Shown in pieces: positions 37,402 through 51,604 of a stretch of DNA of 64,000 bases (positions are counted from its first letter, which is position 1; every line of letters starts with the position of its first letter). The notes under the pieces are model-generated. The model saw only the letters and a list, made by a program, of their open reading frames with translations. It did not search any database and was not told where the DNA came from. Origin of the DNA: Kudoa neothunni (taxonomy: Eukaryota > Animalia > Cnidaria); contig OZ199840.1 of assembly GCA_964304625.1 (NCBI GenBank), forward strand, positions 7,819,744 through 7,883,743, in the 5' to 3' direction. Both the position numbers and the translations under genes were made by a program.

Positions 37402-38330
37402 CCCTTCGGGGGCCAACCGATTTGAAAAACCGTGTATGCCCAAGACCTAGGCGGGGTCTCGCGTGACCCCACTAAAAATAGAACTTAATTAAATTACATC
37501 AAACTCGTACACTTAAAAGTAAACATAATAATGAACTGATTGATGTTAGAATTATTATGTAATTTCTTGAATGTCAATAAATATTTAAATTTTTGTGATT
37601 CGGTAATTCAAGAAGGTTACACTTGAAAAAGAAAATTATCAACTTGGATGTATGTATATATTGTTAATGCATGTAAAATTTAATTTTCTTTTAAAACTAA
37701 AGACATTATGGAATCAATAATTAGAAATTGAATGACGCATAATGTTACACAACACTTGGGCACTGTATCGCTAACACTCAGCTGCCACATGACGGTGAAG
37801 GATTGATCTTAAGATTAAGAAGTTCAACATATCTTATAAATTAACCAAATTTCATTATGTTTTTAAGTGTTAATTTTGGTTCAAAATTAAATATTCTTTC
37901 ATATCAATGTCTATAAATAATCTTGATCCAAATCAAATGATATGATGTCATTCGAGTTTAAAAACCCGCGTAATTAATATTTAGAGAATAACGCTTCGTG
38001 AACCTACAAATTTCAAAAGATCATTCCAATCCAAGTGAGCAGAAAAACATCGAAGCGTTTTCGACATGCTTATGTAAATAATCAGAACCACCTGATTGGT
38101 CATCGCATTTCTCAATGTCTTACACATTCATTCATACTTTCCATGTCTGATTTAGACATGTTATATTCAGATATTTCCTCAATCTCAGAATAATCATCAA
38201 TGTGGTCTTCATCACTATTTTAATTATTTTCTGAGGACATCCAATTTAATTTGTTAGGAAAAGCAACAAAATGTAATGAGATCAATCGGATTAGTTATCG
38301 CTAATCTATAGCGGTAATCTTTGGGGATTT
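37402..38330 (-). mobile_element. piggyBac-derived remnant
   Basis: TTAA|CCCTTCGGG end with a subterminal GGGGTCTCGCGTGACCCC palindrome. The minus strand has an acidic N-terminus-like stretch (MSSENN*NSDEDHIDDYSEIEE) and a Cys-rich scrap (PKCCVTLC). The other end was not located. Confidence 0.6.
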
Positions 38331-38408
38331 TTTTGTTATTTTAATACACATGTAATGTTTAAATAAAGTATATTTTTTAATATTTCACTAAAATTAATAA
38401 TTATAAAA

Positions 38409-39499
38409 GGTTAATGTGGGGTTTAGGCACGTAACTAATCCGAATTAATTCCACTAATCTTCCGGGCTCTTATAATAACCAACAATAATCTTAACGATGT
38501 GTGAATAATAATAATTTGATTTAATGTTTCTTGAAATACTATATTAAGAAATTTTTTCTTAAATATATATTCCAACAGATACGATTGTATATGCCCAGAG
38601 GGTTTATTCGTAATATGACGAAACTTCCTTTTGCAGGCTCCTCACGTTACTTCGATTCTATTGGTGTGCACACTAGTTTCAGTGACGAACTCTATGCTAT
38701 GCTATGGTTGACAGTTTCATGGAGAAAACCATGCGTATCAAGACGCCTGTAACCCTTCCAGCAATCAGACCATATTATTGATCCCCTTTCCACATTCTCA
38801 AGAATTATTTGGTGTAGTGTTGGCAGATCCCGCTTGATTGTAATTGTCATGAAAAAAATTGCCGTTTCCATCTATTACGACCACAATCCATTGAAATCGA
38901 TTGGCTAATATCATACCTACGTTATTCTTCCTTTTTAACTAAGTTTGGATTCATTGATCTGAACGATAATTACATCTCCACCGACCTTTTGGGAATTCTC
39001 AATTACATGGTTCGAAAATATATTGCCTAATAAAATTCTTCCAATCCACTATAATTTTGAAACTGATGTGAATGACTTCTTCATTAAACATTGACTGCTG
39101 ATACTGAATAAATAGTAATAGATGATCTTTAAGATGATTGGAAGATCCATATGACTTCCTTCAAAAAAGAGTCTTTGCGGACAGAAATATACTTTCTACA
39201 GTGATTACAATAGATCGAATAACCGTCAATGCATCTTTCGCGCCATATCAACTGCATTTCCTTATTAGAACATGTTTTAGTTTTTCATAAAAGTCCAATG
39301 CATGCCATAAATTCGATGCAATACTATTTGTTTAATTTCAAACAGTCGAAGAAGAATGGTTCGATCTTGTTCACATCAATTGATTCAATTGTGGGGAAAT
39401 GCACAGTTATATTAATGATTTAATTTTAATTCTTAGCATGAGCGGGAAAGATTTCTATTAGGTAGGCTTGGGTTTACGTGCATAAACTCCACATTAACC
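38409..39499 (-). mobile_element. Merlin element with TIRs and a disrupted transposase
   Basis: TIRs GGTTAATGTGG(G/A)GTTTA(G/T)GCACGTAA at both ends. The minus strand reads VGGDVIIVQINESKL, RDLPTLHQIILENVERGSIIWSDCWKGYRRL..GFLHETVNHS and VHTNRIEVT*. No convincing TSD. Confidence 0.9.
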
Positions 39500-41231
39500 A
39501 ATAACACAATAATATTAATAAAATAACCAAAATTTTTATTTTAAACGTGTTTTCTAATTATTGTCATCAATTGAATCGTCTCCATCGACCACACAACCTT
39601 CAATTAGGAAGGTTGATCTATTTTTCAGACGCTCAAGGTATCATTGGCTCACAACACCGCTGTTCACATCATGTTTTAGTTTATTTGTTGGATGCAACGT
39701 CAAACACGTATTATTATTTCTTCTGATCAACTGCTATGCGGTAAGTTTACATTTTACAGTTTTAACCTTTAATGAGTTAGTTTGTTTAGTTTTTACTGTG
39801 TTCATTAATGAATAAATTCGTCGAACATTTGCGCTAGTTGGAATTTCCGTCCTTAGCATCCTGATCTAGCCAATATTTAAAATCTACTTTTAACCAATCT
39901 TGATTGGAGCACATATTATCTCACTCGCTTTTTGATCTCCGTTTGAAATTTCACGCATACTTTAAAATAATATACGTCAATAACTTCAAAATACGTTATT
40001 AACAAAATTATAAAATTTATTATTCATAAACTGATCTCAAAGAATTCAATAATCTACAAGTTTGGTGAATCAACAAAAAAACCAATATTTGGCTTAAAAT
40101 GAAAAACCCCCAAGAACTCAAGATTAGTAGGGAAATCCCAAGGATTGAGCGCTCTGGACCCAATTATAAAATAATTTAAGAAAGAATACATTTTTCGAAT
40201 ATTATTTCATAACGTTTTATTAATATAAGCTTAATTACACCGTTACCGCGCTATTTTTCTCTTATGATAATTTTATATTAAAAAATGATAAATATTTCCG
40301 GATAATTTATGTGAATAACAGTAATTCCGAAACAAGATGGGAAAAAAATAAATTCAAAATGGAAGTTTCAATATTTCTAGATATAAAAATCCTCGGATAA
40401 TTTTAATAATTATTCCTGCATTGAGCGATGACTATTAATGCTAACGTGGATTATCGGAGCTCAGGTTGAGAAGTGCGGATCCAATATAAATCTTTTTTCT
40501 AAATTTAAACATAAACATTATTTTCTGAATAAAGATAATAATATATTCACTAAAATTTTTATATTATATAAATAAAATATGCCGTTTTCATATGTATTAA
40601 GATAAATCTATAAAAACCAAAAGTTTCACGTTACTTATTGATTTCTCTATTCATCATTTCTGATACACCAGTGTTTTTTAATATTATTCTACATATATTT
40701 GAACTTAAATTAAAATATAGATATAAATTTTACTTTTTTACTAATAAAAAATTGGAGGGGGATTAAGAAATACCCGAATACGGTCGCTGATTTTTTGAAG
40801 GTATGACAATATTTAATTGCCAGGTTAATAATAAGTACGAACATTAAATTATTCGTACAAATGAGTATTAACTATATATAGAGCTTTCAAAGAAATTACA
40901 CTTAATATTTAAATGTGACGCTAGTAGAAAATGTTGATCTTCGTATACAGATATATACTGAATAAACAAACCCTAAGAATATTGTAAAAACTCGCAGCGC
41001 ATTCACATAACCAATCTTATCTAGCTCCAATAAAGATTTATATAAACTTGTAAAATTTCAGGTGATTGCCGAATAATTTATTTCCACCTTAAAAATCATC
41101 GTTCTGAGCCAAAAATTCATTAAACCTAATCTAAATCTATACATATTTTAATCGGATTAAACTTCGGAGATTGCATTTTAGATCGATCAACATATTTGTT
41201 TTTCAAATTTTGGGTGTCAACTGTCTAAATT

Positions 41232-44200
41232 ATGGATGAAGTGCCATGTATATACCGAGAAAATAATTCTCTATTTGAAGCGATGAGAGAAGAGTTGAAA
41301 GTAAGTGTGTGTTTTTGTCATAACAATAAGTCATATTTTTACTGGAAATTTCTCCCAAGAACTACCCCACGAAATTAAATAATGAAGACTTGAAAATTAT
41401 AATAGAGCGACTACATCGTTACAAGATAAATGTAGGTTTTCGAGTGTCAACATTCATTACCCCATGGATGCTTCATGCTTAATTTATGGGTGTAGGCGAG
41501 CAACAAATTTTCCGATTATATCACTTCGAACACATTCAACTACGAATCAGTTGTAGCACAACAGTAACTCACGAATTAATTTTTAATTAGACCACCAATC
41601 AGCTGGTAAGATTAATGAATATGATTGAATTGGTTGAAAACAAATGTCAGCAAACGCGAAAGTAATTATCTTTCATGGTTTTTAATCATTTAATTCATAT
41701 ATTTTGACTCAGACTAATGGATTCCATTCGTTATTATTATTCCAATCGAAGATTGATTCGAAAGAAATGCGCCATTCTATTGGAAACCAACCGAATCAAC
41801 GGAGTGATAGCGATTGGTGTGTATTGTTTGAGAGTAACTGAGAGTCTCAAATATCAAATAATCAAGGTATTGTTACTTTGGATAATTATAAAATAATTTT
41901 CTGATATTCGTTTAACATCATATCAATCGATAATTATAGAATGAAGAGTGCTGGTGTGATATTGTTGACCACATTGAATACATTCGTGAAATATGCGAAA
42001 TATATGAGTGTTGTGATCTATTTAGGTACTATTAGTTGGTTCTATTTTAATGTTATCATATTTTAACGCCAATTTTATCATGAAAAATTTCTAATATCAC
42101 CATTAATTATACCTTACTGCGTTAAAAAATTAACAAATTAGATTTGGATCTAAGTTTAAATTATATTTTTAGTTGTCGTGTTTCGCCGCAACTTGAAACT
42201 CTCAACAAGTTGCTGTTGGTATTTTAAATTTCGAGGATTAGCGTCAAATAATAACGCCGCTTCTAGGACAGTTATGATAATAGAATCGAAAAGTTATGTA
42301 TGAATTTCGACGAAAAAGAATATTTTTCTTTGGAGAAACTTCAAAAGAAACTCATTGGATCAACCGTATGATTTATTTTTTGTTGATATATTTAAGACCG
42401 AAATATACCGAGGCTATTAGTTATGCTAAATTCACTCTAAATTAGCTTATAGGCACATGTGTCGCTCATTTTAAAACGAATAGTCTTTAATTTACTGACT
42501 GCTATGTTAAACGTGAAATCGAATTACACTGTAACTATTCAGCTCCCTTTTTTATTCGTTGACGCCGAAAAAATCGGATAAATTCGGTGTTTAAAAATAG
42601 TTACTGTAAGATCTCGATATTGCGCTCTAAATCGGGGTCTGGGATTTTATTGACCAACAAAAAATCATCCCCTATATCTAATTTTGCGCTTGCGCCATAA
42701 GAATTAATTTTTAATTTTTTGAACGAAAAAATTATTTATTAGCTTGTTTGTTTGTATTGTTCAGTTAAGAATGTGAAGGACATCGATATAATAGTATAAG
42801 AACTTTCCTTCGTAAACTTGATTAGGATATTCTAAAATATCGAGAAGATAGTTCAAGGCGCCCAAACATTTTTTGAGCGTAGTATTTTAACATGAAAATC
42901 GTTAATAACTTTATAATTGTGAATGTCTTTGAATTCACCATTGACATTATGTGGAAATTTTTCCCCCATATAAATTAAGCAATCTATAATGTGTTGCGTT
43001 GGCAGGTCCTTTTGATTGTTTCATTTCTTTTTAATTTTACGAATTCTTTATTACACATGTTCTTTGGGTGCATTGTTCATAAATAAGAGGAGTCTCGACA
43101 AGCTTTAATGTTTTCTTGTTCATATCTACTTATTACCTCATAGAATCTGTTTACCTAATCATAAACAATATTATCAGGAACGCTTCGCGCTTCTCTAAGG
43201 AGGGTGAATTTTAAAAAAGTGAGTCCTAAAATTTCTAGGCTGGCCTTTGATTTAACTGAATCTAGTGGTTTTAAGATCATCAGAAAAAGTTTTGTTTTAT
43301 TGGTGATCAATAACTCTAGAATATTTTTGTTTTTTTCTGATATCCTGACATTATCTCGTCATATAACTCAATTTCAAGTTGGACACGCTACGTTTGTAAT
43401 CTATTTACGGGTAGAAACAAAATTGGAAGTCAGTATACCAGATTTATCAGACAAAGTTATATTCAGAGAAGATTAACCTATACTAATTTGAACAACACTC
43501 ACAATAACAAAATACATGGTATTCTAAAGTCATTTATCAGAATTTTAGATTGATCTAATTGTAACATAAGTAAAATATTTTCAATTATTAATCAAAATTT
43601 CTTCTCTCACTTACCGAACTTTCGAATGTGTGATTTGGTGGATTAGTCGTATTAAATATGAAGTAACTACCTAGTAGAAAAACCCTGAATTTTACCAAAA
43701 TTACCTCAAATAAATGTTATTTTATATGTAGGGGTAAAACGTTAACTTAAATAGTGTATATGGCAAAAATTTTACAATGTTGAGTACAGAAATGAAAAAA
43801 ATGCTTACTACTCTATATCTAACCACGCAATATTGAGATCTCACTGTAAATATGTCATGGTAAACTTCATTATACTTTTCCTCTAGTCAATATTGAATGA
43901 GATTTCATTTAAATAACAAAAAATTTAGCTAATGTAATGATGTAGAAGATATGGAATATTTTTAATTAAAAAGCTAAGTTCCTCTAATTCTTGGTTGGAA
44001 AAACATTTTTACCTGCAGGTCACGCCGCCTGTAGATAATATTTTAAACAGTAGTGACAACATTCAAGAATAGCCTTTTATATTAATATTAGTATGTAAAC
44101 AGAACGAGAGTTCTTTATTTTAAATTGATTTATTTAAAACCGAATAGGTGACATCGCATGAAAAAATTTTGTTTACATATTGAGAATAAAATAAATAATG

Positions 44201-47200
44201 AAAATTGAGTAATACAAAATTTTGTTGAGATTCGAATAAAAAGGGCTCGTGGAGTGGGCCGTAGTTTTCCCACCCCTGTGATAGAGAGATGTTTATGAAA
44301 TTTTAAAATTCTTGATATTTAAAAAAATTATTTTATTACTCAATTAAACTTCAAATGTTGTCCAATCATTTATAAATAACGATTTAATAGATTTTAAAAT
44401 TGACACACGAAATACACATCAACAGTAGGATTAATATTCGCTTATTTTGGAGTGATGGTCAGTTGAAGTTAACGCTCCCTCCTGTATATTAAAATTATCT
44501 TCTAATTGTTCTATATCATCAGTCTATATAAGGTAGTTCTGTGTGTAGGTTTTTGTTGAAATGAACGTTTTGATTGTTATTTCAGTTCAAGGGAGAATAA
44601 TCCGAACAACAAAATTAATTGTCATAAGTTTTCATCTAGCTATATAGATTTTATTATATTTATAAAATTATTTATAGGGTTAAATTTAATCAAATTTTTA
44701 GTTTAAGTATTTCTTATATGGAATAAAACATTTTTTAACGAATATTTCGAAGCATAATATGTCAAATCACGAAAGAATCTGGTTAGTTTACACTAGTTAA
44801 TGATAGTGTGGATCTGATATTTTTTCTAATCATAACAACCCAATTCTTCCTTATCATGATATAAAAAATTATTAGTCCCTAATAAATAACTTGTGTATCG
44901 AAGTAGTTCAATCAACATTTTTAACAAACAGACAGTATTATGACAAAATTGCCACGCATTTTTGGTCATGTATGCAACTTAAATAATACTAAACCAACTT
45001 CTGTATATATCTGGGGCGAATAATCGATAGAGGGTTTTTTGAATTTTTGTGATGATAGTTTTTTAAGCTTAAGGTCTCTTTTTCCCGCTTCAAATTAAAT
45101 TTATGCAACAACTAAAAAGTTCCAATAAATGTAATAAATGGTTTTTTGTAATTAACAAGAATCGTCAAATAAATTAATCTCGACCATGTTGGTCCTATAT
45201 CGTGAAATCCCTTAAAATTAACCATGTATTACGAATGCTAATTATGTAATCCTACTATTTTAAAAAGCTTCAACAATCATTGAATGCACAAATTATACAC
45301 TAACAATATCATCATTCATTTTTGAAGCAATGACCACGTCTTAAAGATGACACAGAAATTTTGAATTAATCTAATTTTTGTAGGATTTTATTGATCAGCT
45401 GCTATCCAAATTCGAAGAAATTGGGTGTAAAATAATTGACAAAGCAAAAGTTAACTATACTTCAAATGAGCGGTTGTTGTCTACTATGGATCAACTGTTT
45501 GAAGTACCATCAAATTCAACCTAAAATAAAGCTAATAAATCTCATAGAATATAGAACAATTTGGCGATATGTTTAACGTTGTTATCAACTATTACCAAAC
45601 CAACCACAATAATAATCATTCTCAAAAATGTATCCAATACTCAGCCTACATATCTATCGTAATTTGTAATTTATGTTATAAGTTTTTGTAATCGTAATTA
45701 AGATATTAACACAACAGCTGTCTCAACTTTTTGATCATTTCTCAGGCTATGTTGAAGAGCACTTTGACGTTATTACATTCCAGGAACTAATCGTCAGTGT
45801 ATCGATGTGACTTTAGATTATTCGCTCAAAGGGTATAATTGTTTTTAGGTTTTTAAGTGAATCTACTTTTATCAAAGAATGTTACCAACAAAAAATTAGG
45901 AGAAAACTCTATATATTCATTACAAATTATTCCAATATAACATTAAAGTATACTTTGTTAATTTGTTTCGTTAAATGTGAATAAATTTTTAGAAAAAAAA
46001 TCGAACAGTTATGTGATGATTTTGAGAAAGAAAGATGGTCATCTGTAGCTTCGCTATTTCCATCAACGGCAAATATCTCTTCAAATGATGTATTTTTGAA
46101 TACAAAAAACAATAATTTTTTTCTGTATTCTTAAAATATTGGTTAATTTCCATAAAATTTTTGTCATATTAATTATTATTAAATCCTCTAAAATGTATAT
46201 TATTCAATAAACATGATTAATTTTAAATTGTAATCTTTTGATGAAACCAAATTTGAGTTAGAATTTATCCCAGTAACTTGAGAAGGGTAAAATTACAGTA
46301 GTTGTCACGCGTTAATATTACTTAAAAATTTATGAAAATTAATTATTTTCACATATGAGTATGACCAATTTATCTTTATGTAGAAATATTAACATTGATT
46401 TTTTTTATTTACTTAGTTTTTCTCGGAATTATATCAATCGATCTATCCAAGTGAACAACACAAAATTATCAATGTAACTTTAGTAACATTTTTTTATTTT
46501 AGCACCTTTGTTACATTTATTTTTAATTTTAGAAACATTTAAACGATACGATGGATAGATATATGCCAAAACAACCTATTCCTCCGAAATATTATGATTA
46601 TTTTAATCTTTTTTCGAATCTTTCCTGCAATTTTGGTAATTTTGCGATCAAATATGCAAGTATTTTAAGTAGGAATGATAGATTTTTAATTAATTTTGAT
46701 AGTTGATTTGTTTTCGTTGTACATTCTTGGATGCGAATTTAAACTGGGTAGCAAAAAATAAATTTCTGATTATTTATATTATCGTGGTTACAGGAGAATC
46801 AACTGAACAAAACGAAACACACAGTAACGAACTTGACGAGATCGATCAATCACAACTAGAACAACCTACCATCGACTATTTCAATGATGTTATTCAGTTG
46901 ATATCAACCATATACTTGCTGGTAATATTGTAATGGTGGTTATTGCACGTTATAATTTGTTTAGATATACCGACAATTTGAACGTAAAAACTATGTAACT
47001 TGAAATATTTCCTATTTTTCTTAAATTATGAACGAACAAACAATATGATAGAAATTTCCTTCCTACTTCCAAAATGTGACTTTTGATAAATTTCATGAAA
47101 AATCCAAATCCAAGTTTCAACTCATTGACAATGTTAACAATGGATACAATGTATGTAGATATTACTATGTTTTTTTTAATTTTTTGGGTCAATAGACCAA

Positions 47201-48279
47201 ATTCAAGCAAACCTTAGCTTCTAGCGACATTCCCATTTTGAAAAACCCCCTCCATTTTATTTTTCCCATTGGTTTATTGTATTTGTTTTTTCACCGAAAA
47301 TGCAAGATAACTTTCCAATGATAGAAATTCTCTCATGAAATTATTGCTTTTCATAAGATTTCGATTAGACCCTGATTCTAATGATGGCTCATTAATAGAT
47401 GAGGTAATTTTTACTACCCATTTCTTTAAAAATAGGTGATACGCATATTTTCTATAGTTCTTCAATCTCACCAGAGATATGTATGATTATACATGCATCG
47501 CTGTAGCCAAAAGTACGGTTAAATTCGACAAAGTGAATCAAAATTATTTGTTCTCAATAATTTTTGTTAGTTATTGAATGAGATATTGGAAACTAACTTT
47601 AATCTAAAGTCACAAGTTACCGACAACAGTCCATATGTGAATACTGCTATAAGTGTAATTTTTTGTTGATGCTAATTAGCTTCTCTTATGTAATTTGTCA
47701 CGTAGCAAATTCAATCTTTCAATCGTTATTTAACTACATTCGTAAAGTGAGCCATAATTTTTTCTCTCTAGTATCGATATCCAAACCGAACGTCAATTTA
47801 TTATTTTAGTGAATCCAACCTAGATAGCAATGAATTTGTTGACATTTGGAGATATGTTGCGCTGTTCGTCAGTAACACCATTGTAGAAGGGTAATACTGC
47901 CGTGGTATTAATACGAAACAATCTAATAGGATGTAATTAGCTACACAAACGTTCCAAAATGCACACAAGCTGGACGTGACCTTATGCAGCTTGATTTCCA
48001 ACAACTTGCCGTCAGTCTTGATTCTATTTTTCCATTCAAGTAGTCATCTCTTGTGTGTTTGTTTAATTTTTAAAAATTATTTAAAGGAAAATGGTCACTA
48101 GAGGCTATGTTGAAGATGCCATTCGCTGTTTCTATTTTCCAGAAGACGCCTTCGAGGAGTTTATCAATGATCCCCTCACCCAAAGTAGATACTCGCCCAA
48201 CCAACTTAAGTCTCTGACCAAGTTAATTCATGGAAAATCATCCAAAATCAAACAGAAACTTGGAAAAATTTTCAATTGA
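41232..48279 (+). CDS. VPS50: VPS50 / syndetin (CCDC132), EARP complex subunit; many exons
   Basis: C-terminal exons give IVEG|[22 protein letters not shown] and GYVEDAIRCFYFPE...RYSPNQLKSL, matching the VPS50 signature [23 protein letters not shown]...YSTKQL. N-terminal exons MDEVPCIYRENNSLFEAMREELK|NYPTKLNNEDL also fit. Stop TGA at 48277-48279. Confidence 0.9.
42604..43846. mobile_element. Tc1/mariner-type non-autonomous element inside the long VPS50 intron
   Basis: Ends TA|CTGTAAGATCTCGATATTGCG and CGCAATATTGAGATCTCACTG|TA (18 of 21 inverted match). Confidence 0.8.
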
Positions 48280-49226
48280 ATGCGATTTGTTGTTATTTTT
48301 TATGGACTATCAATGACAAATCTACATCAATTCTAATTCCAATTATTAGTATATTTTCATTTGCTTTTTTTCCCGAAAAAACTATCACTACATTATTTTG
48401 GATGTTTTAGCATTGAATTCTCGCTCAACTTATAACTTCCATACTCATACAAAAATGATATTTCACTCAATTAAATCTAATGATTATTTTATTTTTTTCA
48501 ATTTTATTGGATAATTAGTATAATATTTTGACTTATACTATTTTCTATAGAAATAATTTTTATTCTATTTACTTAAATTATATTATAATTTTCGTACAAA
48601 ATGTTTTTACAGAATAAACTTTTATTGGGTTTGCGCGCTTGTAGAGGATAAAATTTAGAAAAGAGCTCCTTTGAAATAAAATTTCGGATTTTTGCTGTTT
48701 TGTAAACGAAAATAATTAATGTTTGACCTTAAATATATTAAAAAACCTAATTATCCGATCGTAGTAATTAAACTTGATTCCAAAAAAAATATAAATCACA
48801 GTATTCCTCGCAATTAATATAGATTTTTTTCATGATAACTAATTATAATTAATATATTCTACGCCTGTTGGTTGAAAATTTCGAATAAGTGATTTTAGGT
48901 TGAATTTAAAAATTAGCATCGCTCTGGATACCCTTAGTTTATAAATAATATCAATTTTTTAGCTCGGCGTTGTTTAATTCTGTTTATTGAATGAGACTTA
49001 ATATATTTTGTGTAATTTGAGTTGAAATCATTAATATTAAAGACATTAAACTAACCACTCCTGGTCACATCGGAATTTTTAATGATACGATGTAATTCAT
49101 ATCGAAATATTGAATCGAGCTTTATAAGCTATCTCCATCGTAATTTCACATTATGTTTCCCGTTTCTACAATAAATTTTTAATTTTATTCAGGAACAAAG
49201 CAGGAGAATGAAAATAGCTGCACATA

Positions 49227-50489
49227 CAGTATTTCACGATCAAGATGCAAAAAAAGTAAACCAACAAATTTTATATTTCAATAATATTTTTTGTATTAAT
49301 TGTTAATGAGGTTCTTAAGCAGGGATGCTGAAAAGTAAGTTTTTGAATGTCCCACATAGCTTTGACAATTGGTTTTGGTTACTTGGGTGGGACTATTTTC
49401 CATACACAAAATCAGTTCATCATTTGTTTTTGGTGCCATCCTTTTAACAATTGATTTCAGTTGCCCAAAATCTTCTTCTTGAATTGGATTAAGGAAGGAT
49501 GAGTACGGTGGTAATAGTAATAGCTTGTGAGGTCTGTTTTCTATCAAATTTCGAACACACTCAGTCTTGCGAAGAGCTAGGTTATCCATAACCAAAATAG
49601 CTTTATCATCGGAATTCGCCTCCAAATTTTCAAAAACCCTTTTTTTGTAGAAACGACGAAAACACAGACCGGTTCAGGCCCCCCTATAAATTCTAAAATT
49701 CCAAATTTTTTTGTCAATCATCGCCGCTATTAATAATATATTTTGCGATCTGATGTATTTTTCCTTTAAATTTGCTCTCGTCCCAGAAAGGGGTCTACCC
49801 TGGGAACGACGGGTTGATAGGGAAATCCAGACTTATCGATATACAATATTTCCGAATACTTAGGCTCCAATCTTTTGAATTCATTTACATAACTAAAAAA
49901 TATTGGATGAGATATATAGGTCTCTTCATCACTCAAATCGTAATGAAATTGTCCTAGTAGAATTCCTATCTATAGGCACCAACGATATTTTTTTAAGGTA
50001 TAATGAAACTCTTTCAGAATTCCATTAACAATTTGACGAGAAACGAGAATAGAAAATTTTTGAAACAGCTTCTCTAATGACTGATTGAATGTCAGCATAC
50101 AGTTATCATTCATCTCTACAAGTAAAAATTGTTTGTGCACTTCGCTCAACAATGAGCGGCGATCTCCTCCAATTGCTAAGTTGCTGACCTTTGAAACGAG
50201 CCGGTGTCGTTAATTCTCTTCACTATTCTACTTACTGTAAATTGGGGAATATTTAATGACTCAGAAATTTGACCATTTGTCTTTCTATTATTAATTATTT
50301 TAACAATCATTTAGAATTTGTGCTCATTTCGACATAGTGGGCAATTTTAGCCCTATCTTTGGCACTAATAATCTCGTATATTCTCTTATTAGAATTATTG
50401 TTTTCAATTTGATCAGGCATGCTTTTATGTCTTAACTGGAGAAAACGTTAAAATGTGCGTTCAATTTGCATCTTGATCGTGAAATACTG
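49227..50489 (-). mobile_element. IS630/Tc1-mariner transposon, second family, with a disrupted transposase
   Basis: Perfect 25-bp TIR CAGTATTTCACGATCAAGATGCAAA with TA at 49225-49226 and 50490-50491. Minus-strand fragments read GGDRRSLL, EFHYTLKK, ILVMDNLALRK and LLPPYSSFLNPIQE. Confidence 0.95.
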
Positions 50490-51604
50490 TACATTTGAAG
50501 TCAGCGAGATTTTAGCTATATCCGATGAAAAAATTAAAATGTCTTCTAATTTAAACTATGACATTATTAACTAATAATATATTGTAAAAAAATATTAAGT
50601 GGCAAGACTATGAATTCCTAGCAGATAATAATTTATGAGCACAGTCCATTAGGCCGCTCCCATACAATTATTTATTCATCTATAAAACAAAATTAATACA
50701 ATACATACAGCAATGATTAAATAATAGTATTAATGTTTCTATAATTATCTGTTTCAAAAATTGTATATAAATAGTCAAATTATTGTTTGAACAATAGACA
50801 AGGAATACACACTACTTTTGCGTTAAGTTTTTTTCTAAATTCCAGTTTAAATTGGATCTAAAATTCATCGAAATATTTAATTTATAATAAAAATGTATTG
50901 AACTTTAATTTCGCCATAAACATATCCAAGACAATAATTTATAGAAAATAATTTATTTTATTTGAAAAAAATGTTTATTAATTTTATGGACTGAATAAAT
51001 ATATTTGAATTTTTATATTGTTAAAGATATAATAAATGTAATTTATTGGTAATCTCATTTAAATTTTTTAAACAAGATTAAACTCAAGATTGTAATACGA
51101 GATAATATAATTATATTCTATTTAACATTGAATAATTTATTCGTATTACCTAGCAAACATTAAAAATTCTTAGAAATTTATTAAGACTTAAAAACCCTTG
51201 ATGTAGAAAGCAAACAATATAAATATTAGCATTAAAATTAGCAGTCCAAAATACCTAAATGTAACTATATTTAATTAAATTAGTTATTATATAAAATTTA
51301 AAAATCGAATAAATTAATATAAACAATATTTCAACTTCACATTCAAACACAATAATAGAAAGATCTGACCCTTTCGTGAACGATTAAGCCCCCAACCATA
51401 CGCACAATTACATAGGGTTTAAAGTCCTTGATAATTATTTAGCTGTTTCCAACAAATATATCCTCCTCTATTACTAATTATTACTTATTTATATCTTGAA
51501 GACCTCCTTTATTAGGTTGAAAAAAATTTAAAATACAATAATGCACGCAGGCGCGATTTAAAAACAAGGTGCGAAAGCACTCCACTGTCAGCATCAACAA
51601 TCTA

